Assembly (NCBI GenBank): GCA_007129145.1
Contig: SKWC01000131.1
Location: 1-54,851 of the forward strand
Source of the DNA: Rubritepida sp.
Lineage (GTDB): Bacteria > Pseudomonadota > Alphaproteobacteria > Acetobacterales > Acetobacteraceae
DNA length: 54,851 nt
Direction of reading: 5' to 3'
Shown here: piece after piece, positions 29,207 through 38,201 of the stretch
Numbering within the stretch: position 1 is the stretch's first letter
Layout: the number at the start of each line of letters is the position of its first letter
The notes under the pieces: generated by a model
Database searches by the model: none
Told to the model about the DNA's origin: nothing
Seen by the model: only the letters and a program-made list of their open reading frames with translations
Position numbers and translations under genes: made by a program

Positions 29207-29628
29207 AGGACCACAACCTCTCCACCGTCGATGAACAGTTCACCCTCGACCACGAGTTCCTGGAACACAAGGTACTGCTCTCCGGCGTTGACCTCAACCG
29301 TGACGCCCGATGGGATGGTGCGGTACGTGATGCCAGGACGGCCACTGACCGTCCCGAGCAGCGCATCAACCTCGGCCTGGGTGTACTTGTCCAGGTCCAC
29401 GATGTCAGCCTCACCATGCGTGTGGGCGCTCGGTGGGAACGTCAACGGCACGCCCGTGATGTTCCCGAAGCTGATCGTGTCGATGATGTTCGCGATGGTC
29501 GCCGTAGTGATGCGCTGAATGTCAGCCTCGTTGCGCTTGTTCAGCAGCTTCAGCACGTCGTCCTGCAACCGCCGCAGCCTGATCTCCAGCTCATTCTTGC
29601 TCACGCCACCGGGGTAACGCATGCTCAC
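29203..29628 (-). CDS. Virion fibre-base protein
   Basis: FPPSAHTH..ADI motif. Confidence 0.6.
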   Translation of the reverse strand: MSMRYPGGVSKNELEIRLRRLQDDVLKLLNKRNEADIQRITTATIANIIDTISFGNITGVPLTFPPSAHTHGEADIVDLDKYTQAEVDALLGTVSGRPGITYRTIPSGVTVEVNAGEQYLVFQELVVEGELFIDGGEVVVL

Positions 29629-32600
29629 CGCAACTCACCCCCGGCAGCGAACACGAACCGCAGCGGCAGCTTCAGTGAGTCCAGGTACGACATGCCGCGC
29701 AGCTCGAGCCGTGCATCAATCGTGAACGAGCGCGTAGAGCGCAACGGCAAGCGCCACGAGATGATGCCAACGTTCCGATTCCCGATCTCCTGCATGATCG
29801 GCGGTATGCCGCCCGCCTGCGGGTCGATGGTCTCGAACGTGTCACCGTTCGTTGACGCGCCCGCCGTGTAGAACAACGCGGGCAGGACAGCGGCGTCGTA
29901 ACCACCAGCATCCCGGTCGTACTCGAGCTGCGCCATTGGCCCTTGAGTGCCGACCTTCACCACGTACAGCGGCGTGCGCCTCTCCGGGGCGCCGAAGTCC
30001 AGGTCCCTGAACACGACGTGCGGCGAGTCCGGGTCGCCATCGCGCCGCGTGACCCACACCTCACCGTTGGAGCGCACGAAGCGCGTACCGGTCTCCTCGG
30101 CAGGAGCAGGCAGCATCTCGGTGACCGCCTCGCCGTCCCTGGTCACAGCGTCGGTGAGCCAGAACTGGTCATCCACCACGTACCGCAGCACCCGACCCGC
30201 CTCGGTGAGCGCCAGGATGCTGCGCGTCTGCGGCTCCGGGACGATGCGCACGAACGGGTCCTCACGGAGCCACTGATCGCGGCTGATCTCCGTCGCCTGA
30301 CCCGCCTGAAGCAGCCACACCTTGCCATCCCAGATGGTGAACGGCAAGCCGCCGAGCTTGCAAGGGCTGGTGCCTGCATCGCAACCGACCATGTCGAGGT
30401 ACAGCTCCACGCTGAGGTTCCCGAACGCGGCGTCGCCGTTGACGAGGAAGACCTCGTTGTCGAACATCACCATCAAGCCGCTCGGGGTCGAGAGGATGCC
30501 GGTGAAGCTCTGGGATTGCGTCGGCTGGATGGGGATGTAGCTCTGATCGTTCATCAGGTTCGCCCAGCCGGTCTCCGTGTAGCTCAGCACGAAGCGGTTG
30601 AACTGGTTCGCGATCTCCGGGCTGATGCCGTCCTCCAGGCTCCAGCGGTCCTCGTCCTGCGACGCCATGCCCCACACGCGCCCGTTGTGGATCGCGGTTC
30701 GAGATTGCTCGAAGACCGCTGTCGTCGCGCCGCCATCCACGGTCAGTTGGCGACCGAGCGGCAGCACGTCCAGTTGCCGCTCGAGTTCCACCAGGCCATC
30801 GCCGGTCTCCGGGAACTCAGTGGTGAACGCGTACCGGATAGTGGTCTGAGCGGTCAAATCCTGAAGCGATTTCTCCTGCGAGTCGACATCGCCACCCTCG
30901 GAAAGGAACTGCACGTACACGTCAAGGCGCAAGTCCTCGGCCACCTCGGCGCTCAACCATGCGTTATTCGCAACCAGCGCCTCTTGCGATTGGGCAGCGA
31001 GAGTGATGAGGTTCCCGAACTCCTGCCCAAGCACGATGGATTGCCGGTTGAAGTCGAACACGAAGCGCCCCGCCCGCGTATTGAAGTAAGACACGAAGAA
31101 CACGTTGTACGTGCCGCGCCTCAGCGCAATCTGGGAAGCGGTGTTCGCGATGATGCCGCCTTCCCCCACGTAGATCGCAGCCCCATTGTCTGCAAACGCA
31201 ACGGACTGAATCGCCCTTCCTCCTGACGTGTACTCTTCAAGGATGGTGTTCTCGATCTCCGTGATACGTTGCCATGAGTTCCCGTCGCTGCTGTGCCACA
31301 CGCGAGGCTGAGCGTTCGTGGGGCCAGAGCCGCCGACGATGGCCCAGGAGTTACGGACCGGGTTCCACTTCACTTTGCGCAACGAGCCGAAGCCGCCGAG
31401 CGTAGCCGTCGTTGGCCAACTCGTGAACTGCGCCGCTGGCATAGGCTCGGTCCATTCGCCCCTGTAGACCTCTCCGGTGATGCCGTTGACGGCAACCCAG
31501 GTTCCAGCGTTATTGCTTTCGCACCATGAGGTTCCGGCATTCGCAACAGTGATCTGTACGGAGGCAACCGAGAGGAAGCCGGTACGAAGTGACTGGGGAG
31601 CGAAGTGCGCACCGTCCGTACCATCGGGTATCTCAGTGTTGTGGAATACGCTTTGGTTCCCAAGGTTGACCGAGCACGGCCCAAGGATCGAGAACGGTAT
31701 TCCGTTACGGCTCTTGTCTACGGCGAGTCGCTGAACCTCGTACGTCCGACTCACCCCGGTCAGGTTGTCGATCTCCGTCCACGAATCGCCAAGGTCGGTG
31801 CTGCGCCAGATTTTCGCACCACTCGCCAGCAGGATGTTGCCATTCACGTGCACCACGGAGGTCACGAGCAGACCGCCGCCGTTGATGTTCTGCTGGGTCC
31901 AGCTAAGCCCATCATCGTCCGAGTAGTACGCCGTACCGTTCCGGGCCGATGCCAGCCATCGCCCGTTCGCGTAGATCACGGAACTCATGTTCGCACCGGA
32001 GAACTGAGTGATTCCTGACCATGTCGTGCCTTCATTAGTGGAGCGCTGAATGTGCCCCTGGCTGGTGACGAAGATGAACGTGCCGCCGTTGTGCTCGATG
32101 TCGTTGATGTTGCCGATACCGGTGATCTGCATCACCGTCGTACCCGGCAACGCTTCCGCCTCGATGGCGGTGCTGATCGAGATGGGTTCCATCACGCGGT
32201 CCTGACGGTCGAACACCAGGAACGCGTCCCGGCTCATGTACGCGCCCGCGTTATCGATGTGCACCGCGTCAACGATGCTCGGGTAATCGGTAGAGACCTG
32301 CTGAGCGAACGTCTCCGCGCCCTTGAAGAGCTGGAACTTCCCATTCGTCGCCGCCGTGGTGCGGTACGACGAGATGCCGCTCTCGTCATAGTCGATGATG
32401 CGGCTGATATGCGTCAACGCGACTGGCGTTGCGTCACTCTCGAGCCGCACGCGGCGACCGAACGGCACGTACCCACCCTGACGATCCGGCACCAGGTTGA
32501 ACACCCGGTACGGCATGAGCGGCTTGTCCTCACGCTGCCCGTAGACCATGTTGCGGTTCTGACCGGTCAGTTGCGGGACCTCAAGCACGCTCTGCGGCAC
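29625..32600 (-). CDS. Tail nozzle (tubular protein B-like) with an inserted Asp-box propeller
   Basis: 991 aa, beta-rich, follows the adaptor genes; SxxxGxxW boxes in the central part. Confidence 0.65.
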   Translation of the reverse strand: MPQSVLEVPQLTGQNRNMVYGQREDKPLMPYRVFNLVPDRQGGYVPFGRRVRLESDATPVALTHISRIIDYDESGISSYRTTAATNGKFQLFKGAETFAQQVSTDYPSIVDAVHIDNAGAYMSRDAFLVFDRQDRVMEPISISTAIEAEALPGTTVMQITGIGNINDIEHNGGTFIFVTSQGHIQRSTNEGTTWSGITQFSGANMSSVIYANGRWLASARNGTAYYSDDDGLSWTQQNINGGGLLVTSVVHVNGNILLASGAKIWRSTDLGDSWTEIDNLTGVSRTYEVQRLAVDKSRNGIPFSILGPCSVNLGNQSVFHNTEIPDGTDGAHFAPQSLRTGFLSVASVQITVANAGTSWCESNNAGTWVAVNGITGEVYRGEWTEPMPAAQFTSWPTTATLGGFGSLRKVKWNPVRNSWAIVGGSGPTNAQPRVWHSSDGNSWQRITEIENTILEEYTSGGRAIQSVAFADNGAAIYVGEGGIIANTASQIALRRGTYNVFFVSYFNTRAGRFVFDFNRQSIVLGQEFGNLITLAAQSQEALVANNAWLSAEVAEDLRLDVYVQFLSEGGDVDSQEKSLQDLTAQTTIRYAFTTEFPETGDGLVELERQLDVLPLGRQLTVDGGATTAVFEQSRTAIHNGRVWGMASQDEDRWSLEDGISPEIANQFNRFVLSYTETGWANLMNDQSYIPIQPTQSQSFTGILSTPSGLMVMFDNEVFLVNGDAAFGNLSVELYLDMVGCDAGTSPCKLGGLPFTIWDGKVWLLQAGQATEISRDQWLREDPFVRIVPEPQTRSILALTEAGRVLRYVVDDQFWLTDAVTRDGEAVTEMLPAPAEETGTRFVRSNGEVWVTRRDGDPDSPHVVFRDLDFGAPERRTPLYVVKVGTQGPMAQLEYDRDAGGYDAAVLPALFYTAGASTNGDTFETIDPQAGGIPPIMQEIGNRNVGIISWRLPLRSTRSFTIDARLELRGMSYLDSLKLPLRFVFAAGGELR

Positions 32601-32601
32601 G

Positions 32602-32976
32602 TCAGAACCCCTCAGGTCCCATCGGAGGCATCATCGGCATGCCACCTGCGGCCCCAGGTGGCCCAGGAGGGCCTTCCTCGGCCATCATGGGGTCTTCCCC
32701 CATCCCCATCATCGCGGGGTCCGCCATGCCCATCCCGCCGCCCATACCAAGCATGCTCGCCAGCTCCTCCTCCAGGCTCATGCCGGTACCCTCAGCGAAC
32801 AGGTCCTCCATCGGCATCGTCGAGGTGTTGCCCGGCTGATCCTCAGGGTCGAGCAGCGAAGCGAACACCACGTCAGGCGCCTCGTGCCGCAACCGCAGCG
32901 GAATGTCCTCACCCTGCTCCTCAGCGAACTGCGCCTTGAAGAGCCGCATCAGCTCCTTGATCTTCGGCTTAGGCAT
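32602..32976 (-). CDS. Met/Gly/Pro-rich low-complexity protein
   Basis: MGMGGGMGM...GGMPMMPPMG tail. Confidence 0.65.
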   Translation of the reverse strand: MPKPKIKELMRLFKAQFAEEQGEDIPLRLRHEAPDVVFASLLDPEDQPGNTSTMPMEDLFAEGTGMSLEEELASMLGMGGGMGMADPAMMGMGEDPMMAEEGPPGPPGAAGGMPMMPPMGPEGF

Positions 32977-33700
32977 AGCGCCTCACCCGCCTCGACGTGC
33001 GGTACTGCGGCAGGAACACCTGCGCCTGCGTGCCGGTGGAGAACATCTCATCCTCCATCGCCTTGTAGCGAGCGTAGAACGCCTGCCACCGCTGGTCACC
33101 GGCACGCTGAAGCAGCTCGTAGCTCACGTGATGCGCCAGGATGCGGTGGAAGTTCGGCATCGCGCCGACACTGCGAGCAGGCGGGTCCACGCAGTAATCC
33201 AGCGTCGCGAACGGCTCGTGCTGATTCTCCGTCATCGGGTCCGGCACTGCGTGCACCAGGAAGCGGTACCGCGCCGAGGTGATCCCGACCGGCAAGAAGC
33301 CCTCGTTCTGCTGGAAGGGGTTGTACAGCATGAACGCCGGGCCGATGTACTCGTCATCCTCCCAGTTCGGATGGAACTCGTTCGCCTCAGCCACCGACAG
33401 CAGCGCCAGCTTCCGGTTCTTCATCCACTCGGACGACACGTTCGCGCTGCCCTCTTGCACCTCGACCACCTCGACGTACTTCACGCCCTCCGGGTGGAAC
33501 CGGTTCGGCAACGCGAAGCGCCCCGTCACGAAGCCGCTCGCGGGCACGTCGATGTACATCGTCGGCACGCCGACGCGAAGGCTGATCTCATTCATCGCCA
33601 GGTTCATCAAGCGCTTCGCCTCAGCGCGTTGCAGTTGCTCACCGCCCTGCGTGCCCCTGGTGTTCTCCATCACCTCTTCGAGCAGTTCGGCGAAGGTCAT
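32969..33700 (-). CDS. Head-tail adaptor protein (paralogue 2)
   Basis: MTFAELL...LMNLAMNEI...FALP...MPNFHRILAHHVSY. Confidence 0.7.
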   Translation of the reverse strand: MTFAELLEEVMENTRGTQGGEQLQRAEAKRLMNLAMNEISLRVGVPTMYIDVPASGFVTGRFALPNRFHPEGVKYVEVVEVQEGSANVSSEWMKNRKLALLSVAEANEFHPNWEDDEYIGPAFMLYNPFQQNEGFLPVGITSARYRFLVHAVPDPMTENQHEPFATLDYCVDPPARSVGAMPNFHRILAHHVSYELLQRAGDQRWQAFYARYKAMEDEMFSTGTQAQVFLPQYRTSRRVRRYA

Positions 33701-34329
33701 CCCTGGCCCCCTTGGGTCGTAGCGTTCATCATCACGGCGCCGATGTCGGTGCGGCCCAGCATCGCCGACAGTTCAGACGCGCGGATGTCGTACTGGCGCT
33801 GCCAGTGCTCCGTCTCGTTCTCGCGCTCGGCCATCTCGTACAGCGCCACGCCAGCGCGGTACGCGACGAGTGGATGGAACTGCGGCAGAGCGTTCAGCCA
33901 CGGATTCTCAGGCCCCAACGGGTTCGGCCTGGTGAGCTGCGCGGTGTACTCCACGGTCATGTCACCACCGAACGAGGCAGGCGCGATCTGAAGCTGCCCG
34001 CCAGCTCGGCGCGGGTCGAAGTTGAAGTACCGGATCGGCCCGGGACTGACGGCCCGCATGCGGATGACCTGCTGAATGCTAGCGGCAACCGCGTCGTCCC
34101 CGCCCACAGAGACGGAATGAATGCGAGCGGCGTTGACGGATAGGGTGACGGCGGTAGCGTTCAGGCCGATGGCCTGCGTAGCGATGGCGCGGGGCATGTC
34201 GAACGCGGCAGCGATCTCGACCGATGCTTTCCAAAGGACATCCTCGATATCGGCGTCATCGTACGCGTCACCGAAGTCATCGACGATGATCTCTCGTCGC
34301 ACCATCGCAAGGAGTTCAGTGAACGTCAC
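33697..34329 (-). CDS. Head-tail adaptor protein (paralogue 1)
   Basis: MTFTELL...VEYTAQ...LPQFHPLVAY. Confidence 0.7.
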   Translation of the reverse strand: MTFTELLAMVRREIIVDDFGDAYDDADIEDVLWKASVEIAAAFDMPRAIATQAIGLNATAVTLSVNAARIHSVSVGGDDAVAASIQQVIRMRAVSPGPIRYFNFDPRRAGGQLQIAPASFGGDMTVEYTAQLTRPNPLGPENPWLNALPQFHPLVAYRAGVALYEMAERENETEHWQRQYDIRASELSAMLGRTDIGAVMMNATTQGGQG

Positions 34330-34415
34330 GATGCGCCTCCCTCATGGGGCGAGTATAGACGACGAGGGGCACCACATGGGCGCCCCTCGAGTTCGAGCAT
34401 TCTTGAACCGCGTCC

Positions 34416-34865
34416 TTACTGGACGTAGCCCTGATGCACACCCTGGACGAACGCCTTCACGCTCACCTCAGGGTTCGTGCCCGCGATCTGGCTGACCGCG
34501 AGGTAATACTGCGCCTGGTAGTTCTCACCCTCGATGGGCGGGAACTGACCATTGGCGCCCAGCGTCGACTGGCCGAACATGGTGACCTCACCATCGGCCC
34601 CCAGCGACCACACCGTCAGCATCGCGCCGGTCACCGTGCCACCCAAGGTGGTCGGGCCGAACGTGAAGCGCAAGCGGTCGTAGTGGTGCTTCTCGGGGAG
34701 GATGGCGTACACACCCTGCGCGAAGCCGCCGCTATGACGGATGGTCGACTGCTCGAGGTTGACAAAGTCGGTCGTCTCGAACGCCGCGCCGAGCACCTCG
34801 GCGGCGCCGACCTCGTCCTTCTCGAACTGGGGAACGAGGCGGGGAGGAGAAGCGCGTTGTGCCAT
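34416..34865 (-). CDS. Virion structural protein
   Basis: Immediately after the capsid gene; beta-rich. Confidence 0.65.
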   Translation of the reverse strand: MAQRASPPRLVPQFEKDEVGAAEVLGAAFETTDFVNLEQSTIRHSGGFAQGVYAILPEKHHYDRLRFTFGPTTLGGTVTGAMLTVWSLGADGEVTMFGQSTLGANGQFPPIEGENYQAQYYLAVSQIAGTNPEVSVKAFVQGVHQGYVQ

Positions 34866-34879
34866 GTCCTACCCCCCTC

Positions 34880-35875
34880 TCAGGCCGCGCCGCGCATCAG
34901 CACGACGAGCCGGTTGTTGTAGGCGTAGTAGCCGAGGCGCGACCGGGTCTGGGACACGATCTTGCGGTACTGCGCATGCCCCTCTTCCCACGTGTCAGCG
35001 CGGTTCTGGTACTTCGCCCGCATCTTGATGTGACCCTCCCAGCCCTCGTAGAACACGATGATGTCGTTCGGCTGCGCGAGGCGTTGCGTTGCGAGCAGCT
35101 TGACACCAGCGAGGTCCGCCGAGGGGTTCGGGCGGTTCGGGTCGAAGTTCTCGATGTTCGACCCGTGGTTGATGTACATCGCCACCAGGTCGAGGTTCTG
35201 CTTGCGCCCGACCATCATCACGATGCGGCGCGGCTTCGTGCGGCCCTCCTCGTCGATGAAGTTCTCACCGTACTGGATGGCCTGGTGCAGCATCGCGTGC
35301 GACACCCCGCCCCCAGCGATGATGTTCGACGCCGCCGTACCCGAGAAGTACGTCGGGTTGCCGACGAGTTGGAGCGAGTAGCTGCTCCCGTTCACGAACA
35401 GCGGGGTGTTGGCGAAGCCAACGAGGCGACCAGCGGACTCGCCCTCGTTGTACATGCGGAAGTGCAGGTCCTCCTCGGTGTCCCGAAGAAGCTTCGGCAA
35501 ATCCGACGCCATGCCCGCGATGAACTCGAAGCCCGCGAGGTTGTCCTCGAGGTCCTCCGGGTAGTATTCGTGGGCGATGCCGACCCGGTCGTAACCCTGG
35601 ATCAGGATCGACGCGGTGCGGTAGGCTGCCATCGGGAAGCGCTGACGGACGTTGTCCGGGCGCACGACGGCCTGGCCCTGGAGACCGGTGTGGAAGAAGA
35701 CCTCGTGATGGAGACCGTCGGTTCCGAGGTCGTCCATCCCGTACATCTCCTCGCCCACCATGTTCTCGCCCGCACCCGCGTACTCGATCTGGGTCACGCG
35801 CTCGAAGCCACGGTAAACGGTGGCGGCGTTATGGTCCTGCGTGCGAAGCTGGTTTGCGTATACGCGTTGAGCCAT
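34880..35875 (-). CDS. Major capsid protein
   Basis: 331 aa, strong RBS, located after scaffold and decoration genes, ends SRLGYYAYNNRLVVLMRGAA. Confidence 0.75.
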   Translation of the reverse strand: MAQRVYANQLRTQDHNAATVYRGFERVTQIEYAGAGENMVGEEMYGMDDLGTDGLHHEVFFHTGLQGQAVVRPDNVRQRFPMAAYRTASILIQGYDRVGIAHEYYPEDLEDNLAGFEFIAGMASDLPKLLRDTEEDLHFRMYNEGESAGRLVGFANTPLFVNGSSYSLQLVGNPTYFSGTAASNIIAGGGVSHAMLHQAIQYGENFIDEEGRTKPRRIVMMVGRKQNLDLVAMYINHGSNIENFDPNRPNPSADLAGVKLLATQRLAQPNDIIVFYEGWEGHIKMRAKYQNRADTWEEGHAQYRKIVSQTRSRLGYYAYNNRLVVLMRGAA

Positions 35876-35895
35876 GCTCTATTTCCCCTCCTTTC

Positions 35896-36417
35896 TTACG
35901 AGCCGAGGTACGGGTCGAGGATGCGAACGATCACTTGGACGTTCGTGTCGCCAACGGCACCCTTGTGCACGTCGACGAGTTGAACGGTCGGGTTGGTGGC
36001 ACCAGCGCGAACGGTGTAGCACCGCTCGACCGTGTTGTACACGATCTCCCGGCGAGCGCCGCCGCGAACGGCGTTGAGGTCGGCGGTCACGAACTCGTGC
36101 GGGGTGCCGTTGGCGGTCGCGCCCTGGTACGTCATCACGAACAGGTTCTTCTGCGGGATGACGTTGAGGGGAACGCCGCGCTCCTCGAAGTACGGAAGCG
36201 CGAACGGCTGGTCCCAGTCCTGACCAGCGATGTAGAGCGGCAGGATGTTCGCCGGGGTGGTGATGACGCTCTTCAGCACCTCACCTGATGCGACGGAGAC
36301 GAGGTCGCCTTCGACGTACCGCGACAGCTCCGTCAGGTCATCGTCGTACCCTGCGCGGCGGAACTCCATCGCCTCCCGGTCGCCATCGACCAGCATGAAC
36401 GGGTGAACTACATCCAT
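35896..36417 (-). CDS. Capsid decoration/cement-like protein
   Basis: EGDLVSVASGEV motif; directly upstream of the major capsid gene. Confidence 0.5.
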   Translation of the reverse strand: MDVVHPFMLVDGDREAMEFRRAGYDDDLTELSRYVEGDLVSVASGEVLKSVITTPANILPLYIAGQDWDQPFALPYFEERGVPLNVIPQKNLFVMTYQGATANGTPHEFVTADLNAVRGGARREIVYNTVERCYTVRAGATNPTVQLVDVHKGAVGDTNVQVIVRILDPYLGS

Positions 36418-36428
36418 AGGATTCCCTT

Positions 36429-37070
36429 CTACTCTCTCGTGATGCGCACGCCCTTGAGGGCGGCTTCATCACCGATCACCTGTTCGTATTCGAGCAGTTG
36501 CTCCAGCGTCATCGGCCCAACGTGATCCGTCTCGTGACGCATCGTTGAGCGCATGCTCGCCTTGTTCTGCTCTTCCAGGTGATCCATCTTGTACTGAAGG
36601 GACTCGCCAGCTTTGAGCGTGTTGCTGGCACGACGAGCTTCGTACTGCTCTCGGGACGCGAACATGAGGTAGTGCCCAGCGAGAACTGCGACGAAATGCC
36701 CGCCGCCCATGTCGTGAGGCGTGGCACCAGGCACGTTCGCCTTGCCGTCCTCACCACCGTTCTTGCTGATGACGTTCCAGGGGACATGAAGCCATTGGTA
36801 GTTGAGCATGTCCCGGTACTGCGCCATCTCTCCAGGCACAGCGGGACGGGGAATCTGAACGGGCAGGACAACCAGGTCAGCGGGGAAGCCCGCGTCATGG
36901 AGGTCGAGGAAGTTGTCGGGGATCATCGGGTTGCGGGTCCGCTCACGGGTCCGCAGCGCCGAAGCGGTGCCCTTCGCCTGGGTGACGAGCTGCTTGCGCC
37001 AGTCCGACACGGCCTCAGCGGGCTGCTGCGGGGCTTCGGCACGCTTCAGGGTAGGAATGTCCACGCTCAT
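36429..37070 (-). CDS. Head-module hypothetical protein
   Basis: Located between scaffold and decoration genes. Confidence 0.65.
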   Translation of the reverse strand: MSVDIPTLKRAEAPQQPAEAVSDWRKQLVTQAKGTASALRTRERTRNPMIPDNFLDLHDAGFPADLVVLPVQIPRPAVPGEMAQYRDMLNYQWLHVPWNVISKNGGEDGKANVPGATPHDMGGGHFVAVLAGHYLMFASREQYEARRASNTLKAGESLQYKMDHLEEQNKASMRSTMRHETDHVGPMTLEQLLEYEQVIGDEAALKGVRITRE

Positions 37071-37894
37071 GCTTCAGCTCCCTTCTTGGCCTTCTCAGCG
37101 GCCTTCTCGCGCTCGAGTCTACGATACTCAGCGACCGACATGCTCTTGCCGCTCCTCCGGGCGTACGCCTCCATCACGCCCTTCGTGAACTCGTCATCCC
37201 CATCCTCGTCATCATCAGGCTTCGCGTCAAGGGTGTCGTCATCCTCATCGAAGCCGGACGGTGCGGGCTTCCGGTCACCCTTCGGCTTCCGGTACTCCTC
37301 CCGAGCGATGAAGCCGACCACATTCGACATGATGCTGTCGAACGCCGAGACGGCCTTCTCCATCTCGCCGTACATCGGATTCGACCACGTGCCCTGATCC
37401 TTCAACTGCCGGAACTGCTGCGTGAACAGCTCTTGCAGCCGCTTCCGCATGTGCTCCGGGTACGACCCCACCTCGCGCTTCAGGTACGCCCCAGCCCAGC
37501 GAGCGATCTTCTGCGACTGCGCCTCGCTTATCGTCTGCGACTCCCGAGCCGCGTCACGCACATCGTCGAGCTGCCGCTTCTTCTGGCCGAGCAGCACTTG
37601 ATCCTCCTGGTACGCCAGGTGATCGAACATGCTGCGGCCATCGTTGTCCTTCGTGATGTACGTGCCCTTCTCCCGATGGTTCAAGAGCCTCGACTCCAGC
37701 TCCTCGATCTCCTTGCGGAGGCGAGCGATCTGAATCTGGTACCCGCCGCTCGGCTTCTTCTGCTTCTCCGGCTCGCGACGCTGCTCCTCCTTCGGGGGCG
37801 CCTCATCGGGTTGCCGTTCCGCCATCAACGAGTCGAGCACGCTCTCGTCGTCTTCGCCGAGCAGGGCGCGGTAATCGAACGCCTGGTCACTCAT
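37067..37894 (-). CDS. Putative scaffolding protein
   Basis: Highly charged, coiled-coil, ends MSVAEYRR. Confidence 0.6.
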   Translation of the reverse strand: MSDQAFDYRALLGEDDESVLDSLMAERQPDEAPPKEEQRREPEKQKKPSGGYQIQIARLRKEIEELESRLLNHREKGTYITKDNDGRSMFDHLAYQEDQVLLGQKKRQLDDVRDAARESQTISEAQSQKIARWAGAYLKREVGSYPEHMRKRLQELFTQQFRQLKDQGTWSNPMYGEMEKAVSAFDSIMSNVVGFIAREEYRKPKGDRKPAPSGFDEDDDTLDAKPDDDEDGDDEFTKGVMEAYARRSGKSMSVAEYRRLEREKAAEKAKKGAEA

Positions 37895-38183
37895 CGGTCA
37901 CTTCCTCCTCGGGACTGGACTGCTTGGCACGCTTCGCGAGTTCCGCCATGAGCACCTCGTTGAGTTCCATCAGGACCTCACTCTTGCCCTGCTGCTTGAG
38001 CAACGTCTGCATGTCCTGCACGTGCTCGTAATCCATCACCACCTGGGTGTGAACCGACTCCAGGAAGATGACGATGTCCTTCAGGTTGCGGGGCGAGAAG
38101 CGGGAGACCGCCTTCTCCGAGTGCTCCTTCATCTTCTCGACGAGCTGACCGGCGACGCTGAGACGGGGACGGGGATTGGACAT
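37887..38183 (-). CDS. Hypothetical protein
   Basis: GAGGAGG RBS; directly after the portal gene. Confidence 0.7.
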   Translation of the reverse strand: MSNPRPRLSVAGQLVEKMKEHSEKAVSRFSPRNLKDIVIFLESVHTQVVMDYEHVQDMQTLLKQQGKSEVLMELNEVLMAELAKRAKQSSPEEEVTDE

Positions 38184-38201
38184 GAACCTCCTCGATGGTC
38201 A

